From positions 4,162,639 to 4,226,638 of the forward strand of contig CAVNZM010000011.1 of assembly GCA_963693365.1 (NCBI GenBank): a stretch of DNA of 64,000 nt. The letters run 5' to 3'. Below the pieces are notes generated by a model, which did no database searches, had not been told where the DNA came from, and saw nothing but the letters and a program-made list of their open reading frames with translations. Of this stretch, positions 29,500 through 40,435 are shown in pieces. Position 1 is the stretch's first letter; every line of letters starts with the position of its first letter. The DNA is from Amoebidium appalachense (lineage: Eukaryota; Protista; Ichthyosporea). Made by a program: the position numbers and the translations under genes.

Positions 29500-30366
29500 A
29501 CATACACACACAAACACGCACACAAACACACAAACACACATGCATGCCCGCTCATCCTTCATGTGTGCATGTCTTTCATAGGCACCGTGTCTTGTTTTTT
29601 TTTTGCTTGTTTGTTTGCGCACACTGAGATGATGCTGACCGTTTGTTTTCTTACAGGAAAACCCCGGCGATTTGCATCTGAGCACGAGATGTCGGAGTGA
29701 GTCGGTACACTTCACAATATCACGACTCTACAACGGCCATGATTTAGGAATCGTTATGGGTAATGTCAGCGGTGGGTAGTAACATTCGTTTTTTTCATGT
29801 AAAATCCAAACTCTTTTTGTATGTGCATTTTACCTCGACCGATTTTGGTGCCTTATCAGTGAATGGGAGTACAGTTGAGCCTTATCAATGAATAGGAATA
29901 CGGATGGGAGCCACCACTAGGATATTGACCAGACAAAACCGGAATTGTGTTTGATAGTAATAGTCACCTTGTGTATACCCCCTGCCTTTTTGTGTAGTAT
30001 ATGGCTACATAGGCACTCATTTCGTCTCGTGTGACCTACACATCCACCAATAATAATAATATAAAAGACTACATATGCAACTAAAAACGGGTTGCTTGCG
30101 CCTATGCCTTGTGTACATTGATTACTCCCTCCCCTCCCCCCCCCCCCCCCCTCCTCCCCCCTCCCCCCCCATCCCCCCCCCCCCCTCCCCCCGCCCCTCC
30201 CCCTCCCCCCCCCCCCCCCCCCCCCCCCCCCCGGGCGCCCAATCCCCATGGTTAAAGGTTTGTCTACCCTTTGAAATGCTCTCATCCATAACCTTTGCAT
30301 TCCCTCCTCCACACACTTTTTTCTCCCTCTCGTTCCGAGTCCCTCCCCTCCCCCCATCCCTCCTGG

Positions 30367-30481
<115 letters not shown>

Positions 30482-30694
30482 GGGGGGGGGAATGGATTGT
30501 GAAGAGCCAAAGGGGAGCATCCGAAAGGAAAAAGTGACTCTGGAAAAAAGAAACAGAGGAGTGAATTGCAGGGAAAAGGGGTCCTGGTGGTGGTGGTGGT
30601 TGGTGGATGTGTGTGTGGTGGGTTTGGGGGGTGGGTGGGTGGGTGGGGGGGGGGGGGGGGGGAGGGGGGGGGACTACAGGAACAGAAGAAGCAG

Positions 30695-30780
<86 letters not shown>

Positions 30781-31090
30781 TCTCACCTGTTTAAGTCCTT
30801 TTGAGTGTATTATACCTCGGCACACAAACATTTGAAGTTCCCGGGGCTGCATGAATTGCATATCACGTAGTTGCATGCTTTGCCTGTCAGCCCTATTGTC
30901 GTCGTAATGCAGCATTCAGAGTAACCTAGTCCGGTCCCCTTGACCCTCCCCCCCCCCCCCCCCCCCCCCCATTTCTCCCCCCTTCCCTGGCCCCCCTCCC
31001 CCCTCCCCCCCCCCCCCCCCCCCGGCCCCCAGGAAAATATGATAGAGAAGAAGCAAAATGACGGAAACAAACCGAACACACGCACATGCA

Positions 31091-31125
<35 letters not shown>

Positions 31126-31131
31126 GCACGG

Positions 31132-31191
<60 letters not shown>

Positions 31192-31960
31192 ATACACATA
31201 CACAGGCACACGCACACGCACACACACACACAGACACACACACAATGCCGTGTGTGTTTGAGAGGCTTAGGAGGAGCGCGTTGGGGGGGGGGGAGGGGGA
31301 GGGGGGGGGGGGGGGGGGGGGGGGAGAGGGGGGAGGGGAGGGGGGGGGGGACCTCGGATCATGCAATTTTTTTCAGCACAAACAAACACACACACACACA
31401 GCTTGGATGTGTGATGCTGCGGCAAAACACACACACACATACAACCACACATTGTAGTGATACGGCAATGGGCAAAGCAGGACATCCTCACAAGTTCACC
31501 ACACACTGTCGACATCTTCACACGCAAATACACACCACACTGCATGCGGACACTTGCACCTCGTGTAAGCCCTCCCCAGCCCCCCTCCCCCCCCAAACAC
31601 ACACACACACACAATCACACACTGTAACCCCTGCCCCACCAATTCCTCCCCTCCCCTTCCCCCTCCCCCCCTCCCCCCCCCCTCACCCCCTTCCCCCTCA
31701 CCCCCTCCCCTCTCACCCCCTCCTCCCCCCCCCCCTCCCTCTCACCCCCTCCTCCCCCACCACTATCACCACCACCCGTGACCACCATCAGCACCATGGA
31801 CCCACCCGTCACGAGCACGAACACTATGCTGCGGTACGTGGGACGGACACAGCCCTCCCCAAACCCCAACCCCTCCCGGTCACAAGCACGAAACATTCCA
31901 CTGCAGTATATGTGCAACATGACACAGGCAAGAGCCCCCCCCCCCCCCCCCCCCCCCTCC

Positions 31961-32290
31961 CCGGACCACAAACACGAACACTTTGCCATTTCGACTGCGG
32001 CTCAGGCCAGCCCTCCCCCCCCTCCCCCCCCCCTCCCCGGACCACAAACACGAACACTTTGCCATTTCGACTGCGGCTCAGGCCAGCCCCTCCCCCCTCC
32101 CCCCCCCCCCCCCCCCCTCCCCGGACCACAAACACGAACACTTTGCCATTTCGACTGCGGCTCAGGCCAGCCCTCCCCTTCTTCTCGCCCCCTCCCCCCC
32201 AGCCCGGGGCCTCCCCCCCCCCACCCACCCCACCTCCACCCAGCCGGCCACAGTCACGAACACTTAGCCACTTCGACTGCAGCACAGGCA
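31961..32290. repeat. Minisatellite: three perfect ~53-bp units plus one diverged unit, with poly-C spacers
   Basis: CCGGACCACAAACACGAACACTTTGCCATTTCGACTGCGGCTCAGGCCAGCCC at 31961, 32037 and 32120; diverged copy near 32244. Confidence 0.9.
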
Positions 32291-32671
32291 ACCTCCCTCC
32301 CTTCCCCTCTCCCCCCCCCCCCCCCCCCCCCTCCCACACACACACCCAAATACGCACGCACACACGTTTTTCGTAGCTTCTCCCTCCCCCCCCTCCTCCC
32401 CTCCCTTTCCCCTTCTAATCCTCCCGGCTTTCCCCCTCCCCTCCCCGGACCCCCACCCACCCAAGAACATACACGCACATAAACGTTTTTCGTGTGCAAC
32501 ACCAGACAAAGCTAGCCCCCCCTCCCCCCGCCCCTCCCTTCTCCTTCCCGCAAACACACACACGGGCAAAGACACACAGTCTCAGACTGGGCCGAGGCCT
32601 TTGCCCGAGGGGAGGATGGCCTACGGGGAGGGGAGAGGGGGGGTGGTTGTAGATACAGGACTTAAACCCAG

Positions 32672-32933
32672 TTTTTACGACTGCTTTTACTAAATATGGA
32701 CAGTTTTCTCATCACACTAGAAACTCCTTTTTACGACTGCTTTTACTAAATATGGACAGTTTTCTCATCACACTAGAAACTCAACCCAACACAGTTGGGT
32801 ATAGAGTTCACATGCGCGCCTTGGAGGAGCTACTAAATATAGTGTATTGAAAAAAGAAATTGCTATGATAGGTAACAGAGAGCTACTAAATATAGTGTAT
32901 TGAAAAAAGAAATTGCTATGATAGGTAACAGAG
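32672..32933. repeat. Two adjacent perfect tandem duplications (56 bp and 53 bp) just downstream of the EGF-repeat gene
   Basis: TTTTTACGACTGC...TAGAAACTC x2 (32672, 32728) and GAGCTACTAAATATAG...GTAACAGAG x2 (32827, 32880). Confidence 0.9.
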
Positions 32934-33011
32934 AGAGGATGTCGGGTATAATACGGCACAGCAATAATACAGTATATAACTAGATGCACGCGGCAAGCGG
33001 CAAAAGTTTGC

Positions 33012-36000
33012 TTATGCCTTCATGGTGTAAGGGATATAGTACGACCACTGGTTGGTGTTGGGGAACTCATAGGCACACTTGGACTGGGCAGAGGTGAGAG
33101 CCAAGCACTTGCCGCAGCCAAACGTCGTCTCGCCGTTAGCAAGCACATAGTGCACCACCACGGTCAGCTGTGTGCACTTGAGCCCGGACACGTTAAGAGA
33201 GTAGCTATCGGTCATCTTGCCGACGGTGTGCTGTGCACCAACACACGTCTTGCCGTCACACTGGCTGAATGCACCTGGGATGGGGCTGCCGCGAGTGTTG
33301 GGAATGCCAGCCAACGAGCAGGCAACGGCGAGGTGCGACTCCTTGATGTTCATGTTGATGTTGCTGGTGTCGATGGAAATCGTGAGCTGGCTGCCGGCAT
33401 TAGTGACCGTCACCTTGCCAGCGTTGTTCACCTGACCATACAACGAGCAGTACTCGGTCCCGGAGCCATTAGGCTTGCACGGCGATGTTGTGATGCCAGC
33501 ACCCGTGTAGCCACTGTTGCACGTGCAGGTGAAAGCACCCACGGTGTTATTGCAGCGTCCGTTAACACGGTCGCAGTTATCCCACTTGCGGTCACACTCG
33601 TTGACGTCCTTGCAGCTGACCCCCTGCACATCCCACTCGAAGCCGGGCTTGCAGGCACACTGTCCGTTGGTGCAAACCGTGTTGGCGCCACATTTCTTGC
33701 ATGGATCCTCTGAGGGCACCTTGCAGCTGACACCCTGCACGTCCCACACAAAGCCGGTGTTGCAGGCACACTGTCCGTTGACGCAGTTGGTGTTGGCACC
33801 GCACTTCTTGCAGGGGTCCTCCTTGCAGCTGACACCCTGGACGTCCCACACAAAGCCCGGCTTGCACAAACACTGCCCGTAGGCACACACGGTGTTAACA
33901 CCACATTTGGTGCATGGGTCTGCAAGCACCTTGCAGCTAACGCCCTGCACGTCCCACACAAAACCGGTGTTGCAGGCACACTGTCCGTTGACGCAGTTGG
34001 TGTTGACGCCGCACTTCTTGCAGGGGTCCTCCTTGCAGCTGACACCCTGGACGTCCCACACAAAGCCCGGCTTGCACAAACACTGCCCGTAGGCACACAC
34101 GGTGTTAACACCACACTTGGTGCATGGGTCTGCGGGCACCTTGCAGGTGACGCCCTGCACGTCCCACACAAAGCCGGTGTTGCAGGCACACTGTCCGTTG
34201 ACGCAGTTGGTGTTGGCGCCGCACTTCTTGCAGGGGTCTTCCTTGCAGCTGACACCCTGGACGTCCCACACAAAGCCCGGCTTGCACAAACACTGCCCGT
34301 AGGCACACACGGTGTTAACACCACACTTGGTGCATGGGTCTGCAAGCACCTTGCAGCTAACGCCCTGCACGTCCCACACAAAACCGGTGTTACAGGCACA
34401 CTGTCCGTTGACGCAGTTGGTGTTGGCGCCGCACTTCTTGCAGGGGTCCTCCTTGCAGCTGACACCCTGGACGTCCCACACAAAGCCCGGCTTGCACAAA
34501 CACTGCCCGTAGGCACACACGGTGTTAACACCACACTTGGTGCATGGGTCTGAGGGCACCTTGCAGGTGACACCCTGCACGTCCCACACAAAGCCGGTGT
34601 TGCAGGCACACTGTCCGTTGACGCAGTTGGTGTTGGCACCGCACTTCTTGCAGGGGTCCTCCTTGCAGCTGACACCCTGGACGTCCCACACGAAGCCCGG
34701 CTTGCACAAACACTGCCCGTAGGCACACACGGTGTTAACACCACACTTGGTGCATGGGTCTGCAAGCATCTTGCAGCTAACGCCCTGCACGTCCCACACA
34801 AAGCCGGTGTTGCAGGCACACTGTCCGTTGACGCAGTTGGTATTGGTGCCGCACTTCTTGCAGGGGTCCTCCTTGCAGCTGACACCCTGGACGTCCCACA
34901 CAAAGCCCGGCTTGCACAAACACTGCCCGTAGGCACACACGGTGTTAACACCACACTTGGTGCATGGGTCTGAGGGCACCTTGCAGCTGACACCCTGGAC
35001 GTCCCACAAGTAGCCGGTGTTGCAGGCACACTGTCCGTTGACGCAGTTGGTGTTGGCGCCGCACTTCTTGCACGGGTCCTCCTTGCAGCTGACACCCTGG
35101 ACGTCCCACACAAAGCCCGGTTTGCACAGACACTGCCCGTAGGCACAGACGGTGTTAACACCACACTTGGTGCATGGGTCTTCTGCAGGGACCTTGCAGC
35201 TGACACCCTGCACGTCCCACACAAAGCCGGTATTGCAGGCACACTGTCCGTTGGCGCAGTTGGTGTTGGCGCCGCAAATCTTGCACGGGTCCTCCTTGCA
35301 GCTCACGCCGGTAACGTCCCACACGTAGGTGTCCTTGCATGTGCACGCGCCGTTGGCGCAGTTGGTGTTGGCACCACACTTCTTGCACGGGTCCTCCGTG
35401 CAGCTCACGCCAGTAACGTCCCACACGTAGGTGTCCTTGCACGCGCATGCGCCGTTGACGCAGTTGGTGTTGGCGCCGCACTTCTTGCACGGGTCCTCCT
35501 TGCAGCTCACGCCGGTAACGTCCCACACGTAGGTGTCCTTGCATGCGCACACACCGTTGACGCAGTTGGTGTTGGCGCCGCACTTCTTGCACGGGTCCTC
35601 CTTGCAGCTCACGCCGGTAACGTCCCACACGTAGGTGTCCTTGCATGCGCACACACCGTTGACGCAGTTGGTGTTGGCACCGCACTTCTTGCACGGGTCG
35701 TCCTTGCAGCTGACGCCGTTAACATCCCAAACAAAGCCGGTGTTGCAGGCACACTGTCCGTTGACACAGTTGGTGTTGGCGCCGCACTTATTGCACGGGT
35801 CCTCCTTGCAGCTCACGCCGGTAACATCCCACACGTAGGTGTCCTTGCACGCGCATGCGCCGTTGACGCAGTTGGTGTTGGCACCGCACTTCTTGCACGG
35901 GTCGTCCTTGCAGCTGACGCCGTTAACATCCCAAACAAAGCCGGTGTTGCAGGCACACTGTCCGTTGACACAGTTGGTGTTGGCGCCGCACTTATTGCAC

Positions 36001-37115
36001 GGGTCCTCCTTGCAGCTCACGCCGGTAACATCCCACACGTAGGTGTCCTTGCACGCGCATGCGCCGTTGACGCAGTTGGTGTTGGCACCGCACTTCTTGC
36101 ACGGGTCGTCCTTGCAGCTGACGCCGTTAACATCCCACACAAAGCCGGTGTTGCAGGCACACTGTCCGTTGACGCAGTTGGTGTTGGCGCCGCACTTCTT
36201 GCACGGGTCCTCCTTGCAGCTCACGCCGGTAACGTCCCACACGTAGGTGTCCTTGCACGCGCATGCGCCGTTGACGCAGTTGGTGTTGGCACCGCACTTC
36301 TTGCACGGGTCGTCCTTGCAGCTGACGCCGTTAACATCCCACACAAAGCCGGTGTTGCAGGCACACTGTCCGTTGACGCAGTTAGTGTTGGCGCCGCACT
36401 TCTTGCACGGGTCCTCCATGCAGCTCACACCCTGGACATCCCATACATAGGTGTCCTTGCACGTGCATGCGCCGTTGACACAGTTGGTGTTTGCGCCACA
36501 TTTGGAGCATGGATCAGGACATCTGATGTTATCAATGCAGAACATCCACCTGCTTGCAGTTGCCACATTACAAGCACAATCTTTTGTGCCGACACGTGTG
36601 CTGCATCCCCATCCAGTACCAGTCACGGGGCCGCTAACATCTGCGTGCGCATGGACAATAAAGCTAGTACTCGGGTTTGTCGGGTCACAATCCTTCAGTG
36701 CAGTCGTTAGGTCAAACGTGTAGCTGTCCGAGCTCACACCCGCAAGACCTAGGGAGCTGTGGATGTCACCAGTCACAAAGTCCCCGTATTTGGGGTCGGT
36801 TGCATAGGTCTGGAAATCGCCGGGTGCAGTGAGAGTCATGAGGTCGCGGCTGCACCCGACAGCAACATGCGTCGCGCGCAGAGTGGTTGTGTTGAAGTTG
36901 GGGTAGATGTTAAAGCTCACACGGATCGTGGTGCTAGTGGGGAAGGACACACCCACGGTACCACATTCAGTCTCCTGACCCACAACCAGCGGGTACGTGC
37001 CAGTGCTGGCTTGGCGGCGATCGCGACTGTACTCGGCAAAGTTTGACGGAAGTGCCGATGCACCCTGCAGTGCGACTAGGGACAAAAGCCCCCATTGTGG
37101 CAGAGAAGAAACCAT
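33012..37115 (-). CDS. Secreted Cys-rich protein, 1367 aa: signal peptide, N-terminal domain, 28 six-Cys EGF-like repeats, one calcium-binding EGF, C-terminal domain homologous to the N-terminal one
   Basis: Single uninterrupted ORF. Signal-like MVSSLPQWGLLSLVALQGASA; repeats of DPCKKCGANTNCVNGQCACNTGFVWDVQGVSCK; cbEGF signature DVNEC...C.NTVGAFTCTC..GY.G. No TM segment at the C-terminus. Confidence 0.93.
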   Translation of the reverse strand: MVSSLPQWGLLSLVALQGASALPSNFAEYSRDRRQASTGTYPLVVGQETECGTVGVSFPTSTTIRVSFNIYPNFNTTTLRATHVAVGCSRDLMTLTAPGDFQTYATDPKYGDFVTGDIHSSLGLAGVSSDSYTFDLTTALKDCDPTNPSTSFIVHAHADVSGPVTGTGWGCSTRVGTKDCACNVATASRWMFCIDNIRCPDPCSKCGANTNCVNGACTCKDTYVWDVQGVSCMEDPCKKCGANTNCVNGQCACNTGFVWDVNGVSCKDDPCKKCGANTNCVNGACACKDTYVWDVTGVSCKEDPCKKCGANTNCVNGQCACNTGFVWDVNGVSCKDDPCKKCGANTNCVNGACACKDTYVWDVTGVSCKEDPCNKCGANTNCVNGQCACNTGFVWDVNGVSCKDDPCKKCGANTNCVNGACACKDTYVWDVTGVSCKEDPCNKCGANTNCVNGQCACNTGFVWDVNGVSCKDDPCKKCGANTNCVNGVCACKDTYVWDVTGVSCKEDPCKKCGANTNCVNGVCACKDTYVWDVTGVSCKEDPCKKCGANTNCVNGACACKDTYVWDVTGVSCTEDPCKKCGANTNCANGACTCKDTYVWDVTGVSCKEDPCKICGANTNCANGQCACNTGFVWDVQGVSCKVPAEDPCTKCGVNTVCAYGQCLCKPGFVWDVQGVSCKEDPCKKCGANTNCVNGQCACNTGYLWDVQGVSCKVPSDPCTKCGVNTVCAYGQCLCKPGFVWDVQGVSCKEDPCKKCGTNTNCVNGQCACNTGFVWDVQGVSCKMLADPCTKCGVNTVCAYGQCLCKPGFVWDVQGVSCKEDPCKKCGANTNCVNGQCACNTGFVWDVQGVTCKVPSDPCTKCGVNTVCAYGQCLCKPGFVWDVQGVSCKEDPCKKCGANTNCVNGQCACNTGFVWDVQGVSCKVLADPCTKCGVNTVCAYGQCLCKPGFVWDVQGVSCKEDPCKKCGANTNCVNGQCACNTGFVWDVQGVTCKVPADPCTKCGVNTVCAYGQCLCKPGFVWDVQGVSCKEDPCKKCGVNTNCVNGQCACNTGFVWDVQGVSCKVLADPCTKCGVNTVCAYGQCLCKPGFVWDVQGVSCKEDPCKKCGANTNCVNGQCACNTGFVWDVQGVSCKVPSEDPCKKCGANTVCTNGQCACKPGFEWDVQGVSCKDVNECDRKWDNCDRVNGRCNNTVGAFTCTCNSGYTGAGITTSPCKPNGSGTEYCSLYGQVNNAGKVTVTNAGSQLTISIDTSNINMNIKESHLAVACSLAGIPNTRGSPIPGAFSQCDGKTCVGAQHTVGKMTDSYSLNVSGLKCTQLTVVVHYVLANGETTFGCGKCLALTSAQSKCAYEFPNTNQWSYYIPYTMKA
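33607..36516 (-). repeat. Coding tandem array (102-111 bp units) with 204-bp and 210-bp higher-order dimers
   Basis: The N-terminal half alternates KDTY/NTGF units (204-bp period). The C-terminal half alternates AYGQCLCKPGF/NTGF units (210-bp period). Confidence 0.95.
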
Positions 37116-38665
37116 TATCGTGCACAGCAGTTTGCTACCCTCACCGTTTGTATGTGGCTAAAAGTACCGTGGGGCTGAGCTGATATGGTGGCCTTCGATG
37201 TGCGCTCAACGGGTTTATATAACTTTTGGAAGCCCAGCGCACTGATCGATGATTGGGTACAAATTGGGGTGGGAAACTTGGACTCAGATCGGGGGGAGGG
37301 GGGGTTGGTAGCTGAATTTCTTGCTGTCATGAAAAAAGGGTACTATGATACACGTGAAGAATTCTAGATCTAGCGCGTGTTCAGGTATCTCAGTATGCAC
37401 TTGTTACTGGATAACTCGTGAAGTTTTTATTGTCTTCTCCGTATGCCGTGCATACTTGCATAATATCTTTCCGTTGAATAAATCCAGTCAAAAGAAAAAA
37501 AATCTAGCGCACGCAGATCTGGATTGCAGTGTACATGTACGTTGTTTTTATCTGATCAGTATCGACATCAGTTCCAATTTTTCTTACTTTGCTAGCAAAT
37601 ATTAGATTAATACTGAACCTAGAAGAATTATTGCACGACTCTAAAAAATATTCTATGTGTCCTAAAGATCACCTGTTATTTTACACTACTCCCTTCCTCC
37701 CCCCCCCCCCCCCCCCCCCCCCCCTCCCCCCATCCCCCCCCCCCCCCCAAAAAAAAAAAAGAAAAAATGATTATTCAATTATCCTTTATTTCTAGGTAGT
37801 TCTTATAAGAACCCCAGGCTTGCATCATCAGCTTTGCAAAGTTTTAGTGCGAGGGCGATTTCTCATTGGTGGAGAATGTTACTTCCCCTGGGTCATTTTG
37901 AACCCTGGGTGAAGATCTGTGGGTGGCATGCCCCGGCGGGCAAAAGACCGAGTTCAGTAGAGAAAAGCGCACTTGTAATCACCATTTGAATCATGAAACA
38001 AAAAATTATATATTAGTATGCAAGTTGTAGAGGTTATGCATTTTTGCTGAGCTATTTCCTCAATATGATGAAGTGCGGCCCAGCAATCATCATTGATGCG
38101 CCGGCACAAACATTGCCGTTGAACAATATCGCCATCTACATGCCAGGAACGGTCTCCCGTCTGATGGGTTGTCTCTGCAACAAGTCGCCATCTTTCGCGG
38201 ACATTGTGCTTATATAAACTTCTATCGCTCGAAATAGCATTGTGTTCTATGTGTTGTATGGATACATTTATTCTGTTTATTTTTTATTTTTTATTTTTTC
38301 AAGAAAAATGCGCATATATTGTGTGATGATACCATGTCCATGCACCGATTCAGTTTTTTTGTACGTCCAACCAAAAGATCTCTCGACCAATCAAATGAAC
38401 GGGTATACACAATTGTGATTAAGGGATACGGGATCGGCGATTTTGAGTGGTCCCCGATTTCTTTCTGGCGCCGCACACCTTTTTTCCCCCTGATTACGTA
38501 GGGCTACCTTTACGTGTCACAGCACAGCGACCCGACTGCGTAACGCGTTGCTACGCACCCACGCCGTACAACGAGTTTTGTGTTCGCACGTTAACGCAGA
38601 GGGCGCACAACCCGAAAGAATTTTTTTCATGTAAAGAAACTACTTTGAATACATGCACTTTTACC

Positions 38666-39374
38666 ATGGGTGTGCAGGGCTTGCTCCCAGCACCCGGCAT
38701 TAGTGCCGAAAAAGCCACAGATGTTACTGCAGAGTTGCAACGTGGGGTAGTTGCTTTTGACGGGATGGTGCAGGTCCACAAGTCCTTTTCAGTTTTCGCT
38801 GACACAGTAGCCAAACAGCAAATAGATGACAAAAAAGTCACAGACGACACATATGCAGCTATTGCAAATCACTTTATGTCCAAAGTTAATACGTATAGGC
38901 TAGCAGGGGTCCAGCCACACTATGTGTTTGATGGGCGCAGATTGAAAGAGGGAAAACTAGTTGATAACGACCGTGCAGAAAAGGTGGTCAAAGCCCGCCA
39001 AGAAATAGCCACAAAAAGAGAGAAACAGGAGGAGGTAACTAAAAACAAATGGAGAAGCGCTGCAGAGTTAGATAACAGAGTTTTACATGCAATCATCCTT
39101 AGACTGAAAGATGAGAATGTCGATTACACAGTAGCTCCATACGAAGCAGACCCCCAGCTTGCCTATATGGCACGTACCGGTTTGGCACACACTGTTGTCA
39201 CTGAGGATGCCGACCTTCTTCTGTATAACATCCCGCGGGTTGTATACAAACTGTGCATTGCGGATGCGGCGGTCATCCCTGGGACCGCTAATGCGGTGCG
39301 CATTCCCAAACTGTACGGAGTGATTGTAACCCCCGCCGATGTTTTTACCAGAAGCACAAAGTACAACATAATGT

Positions 39375-39405
<31 letters not shown>

Positions 39406-39418
39406 GGGGGGTCAGTAA
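38666..39418 (+). CDS. Exo1/XPG/FEN1-family (PIN-fold) 5' nuclease carried by the transposon; C-terminally truncated near 39365
   Basis: MGVQGLLP...VAFDG...HK...GVQPHYVFDG....K....R (XPG-N) and VAPYEADPQLAYM...VVTEDADLLLY..PRVVYK (XPG-I) retain the acidic catalytic residues. The H3TH GCDY motif was not found; the ORF runs into (GT)n/poly-G. Confidence 0.88.
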
Positions 39419-39591
39419 TCTTCTGACCGATCTAGTGAACCTATAATGAATGAATGAAGACCGTGTGTCAAATCTGAGAGCAATGTACCAGACCCTGGTG
39501 CCTGCATATGTTTCCTACCCCCCCCCCCCCCCCCCCCCCCCCTCCCCCCGGTCCCTCCTCCCCCCTTGGTGTTTGCATACGTGCCTACCTT

Positions 39592-39623
<32 letters not shown>

Positions 39624-39681
39624 ACACGTGTGTGTGGGGGGGGGGGGGGGGGGCGTGCATGCGTGCGTGTGTGCAAATGCA

Positions 39682-39724
<43 letters not shown>

Positions 39725-39757
39725 TTCCGTGTGTGCGTGGTTGTGTGTGTTTGTGAA

Positions 39758-39796
<39 letters not shown>

Positions 39797-39906
39797 GAAC
39801 GACTCAAGGTTGTACTTGGCACACAAATACATAATAATTTCAATTATTATTATTATTTTCCTATACAGGAAAAGTGGAGCCCTACTGGCCGAATACATAC
39901 ATGCAA

Positions 39907-40158
39907 GCATTCATTCATATTTTTGCCCCCCCCCCCAAAAAAAAAAAGACAAAAAAAAAAAAAAAAAAAAAAAAAAAGCAGAGAAGGGGGCTTTAGGGAG
40001 AGGCACTGGCAATCGAAAACGAAAATTCTACACCATGCTTTTGGTGTGCCCGGGCCCCACCATATCCTTATATAGTGGCTCTTGCATGTTACACAAGAAA
40101 GCCACAGCCTTAGCTACCATCCAATGGGTGCCTACCATCGAGCATTCATTCATATTTT

Positions 40159-40256
<98 letters not shown>

Positions 40257-40418
40257 CAGAGAAGGGGGCTTTAGGGAGAGGCACTGGCAATCGAAAACGA
40301 AAATTCTACACCATGCTTTTGGTGTGCCCGGGCCCCACCATATCCTTATATAGTGGCTCTTGCATGTTACACAAGAAAGCCACAGCCTTAGCTACCATCC
40401 AATGGGTGCCTACCATCG
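39907..40418. repeat. Tandem duplication (~235-275 bp) inside the transposon, between the two genes
   Basis: GCATTCATTCATATTTTTG-Cn-An-GCAGAGAAGGGGGC...CCTACCATCGA occurs twice (39907, 40142). Confidence 0.92.
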
Positions 40419-40435
40419 ACATCTGCACCTGATTG

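Noticed and set aside
31961-32290. CRISPR-like appearance of repeats with spacers (also 27839-28520 and 60319-60640)
   Set aside because: The spacers are poly-C or absent rather than unique sequence, there are no cas genes, and the context is eukaryotic.
33428-35242. 604-aa alternative-frame ORF and the repeated 66-67 aa antisense ORFs over the EGF gene
   Set aside because: Shadow frames of a GC-rich tandem coding repeat.
38666-39418. Calling the nuclease the host EXO1 gene
   Set aside because: It is enclosed by TIRs with a transposase, intronless over the conserved region and truncated, so no gene symbol was assigned.
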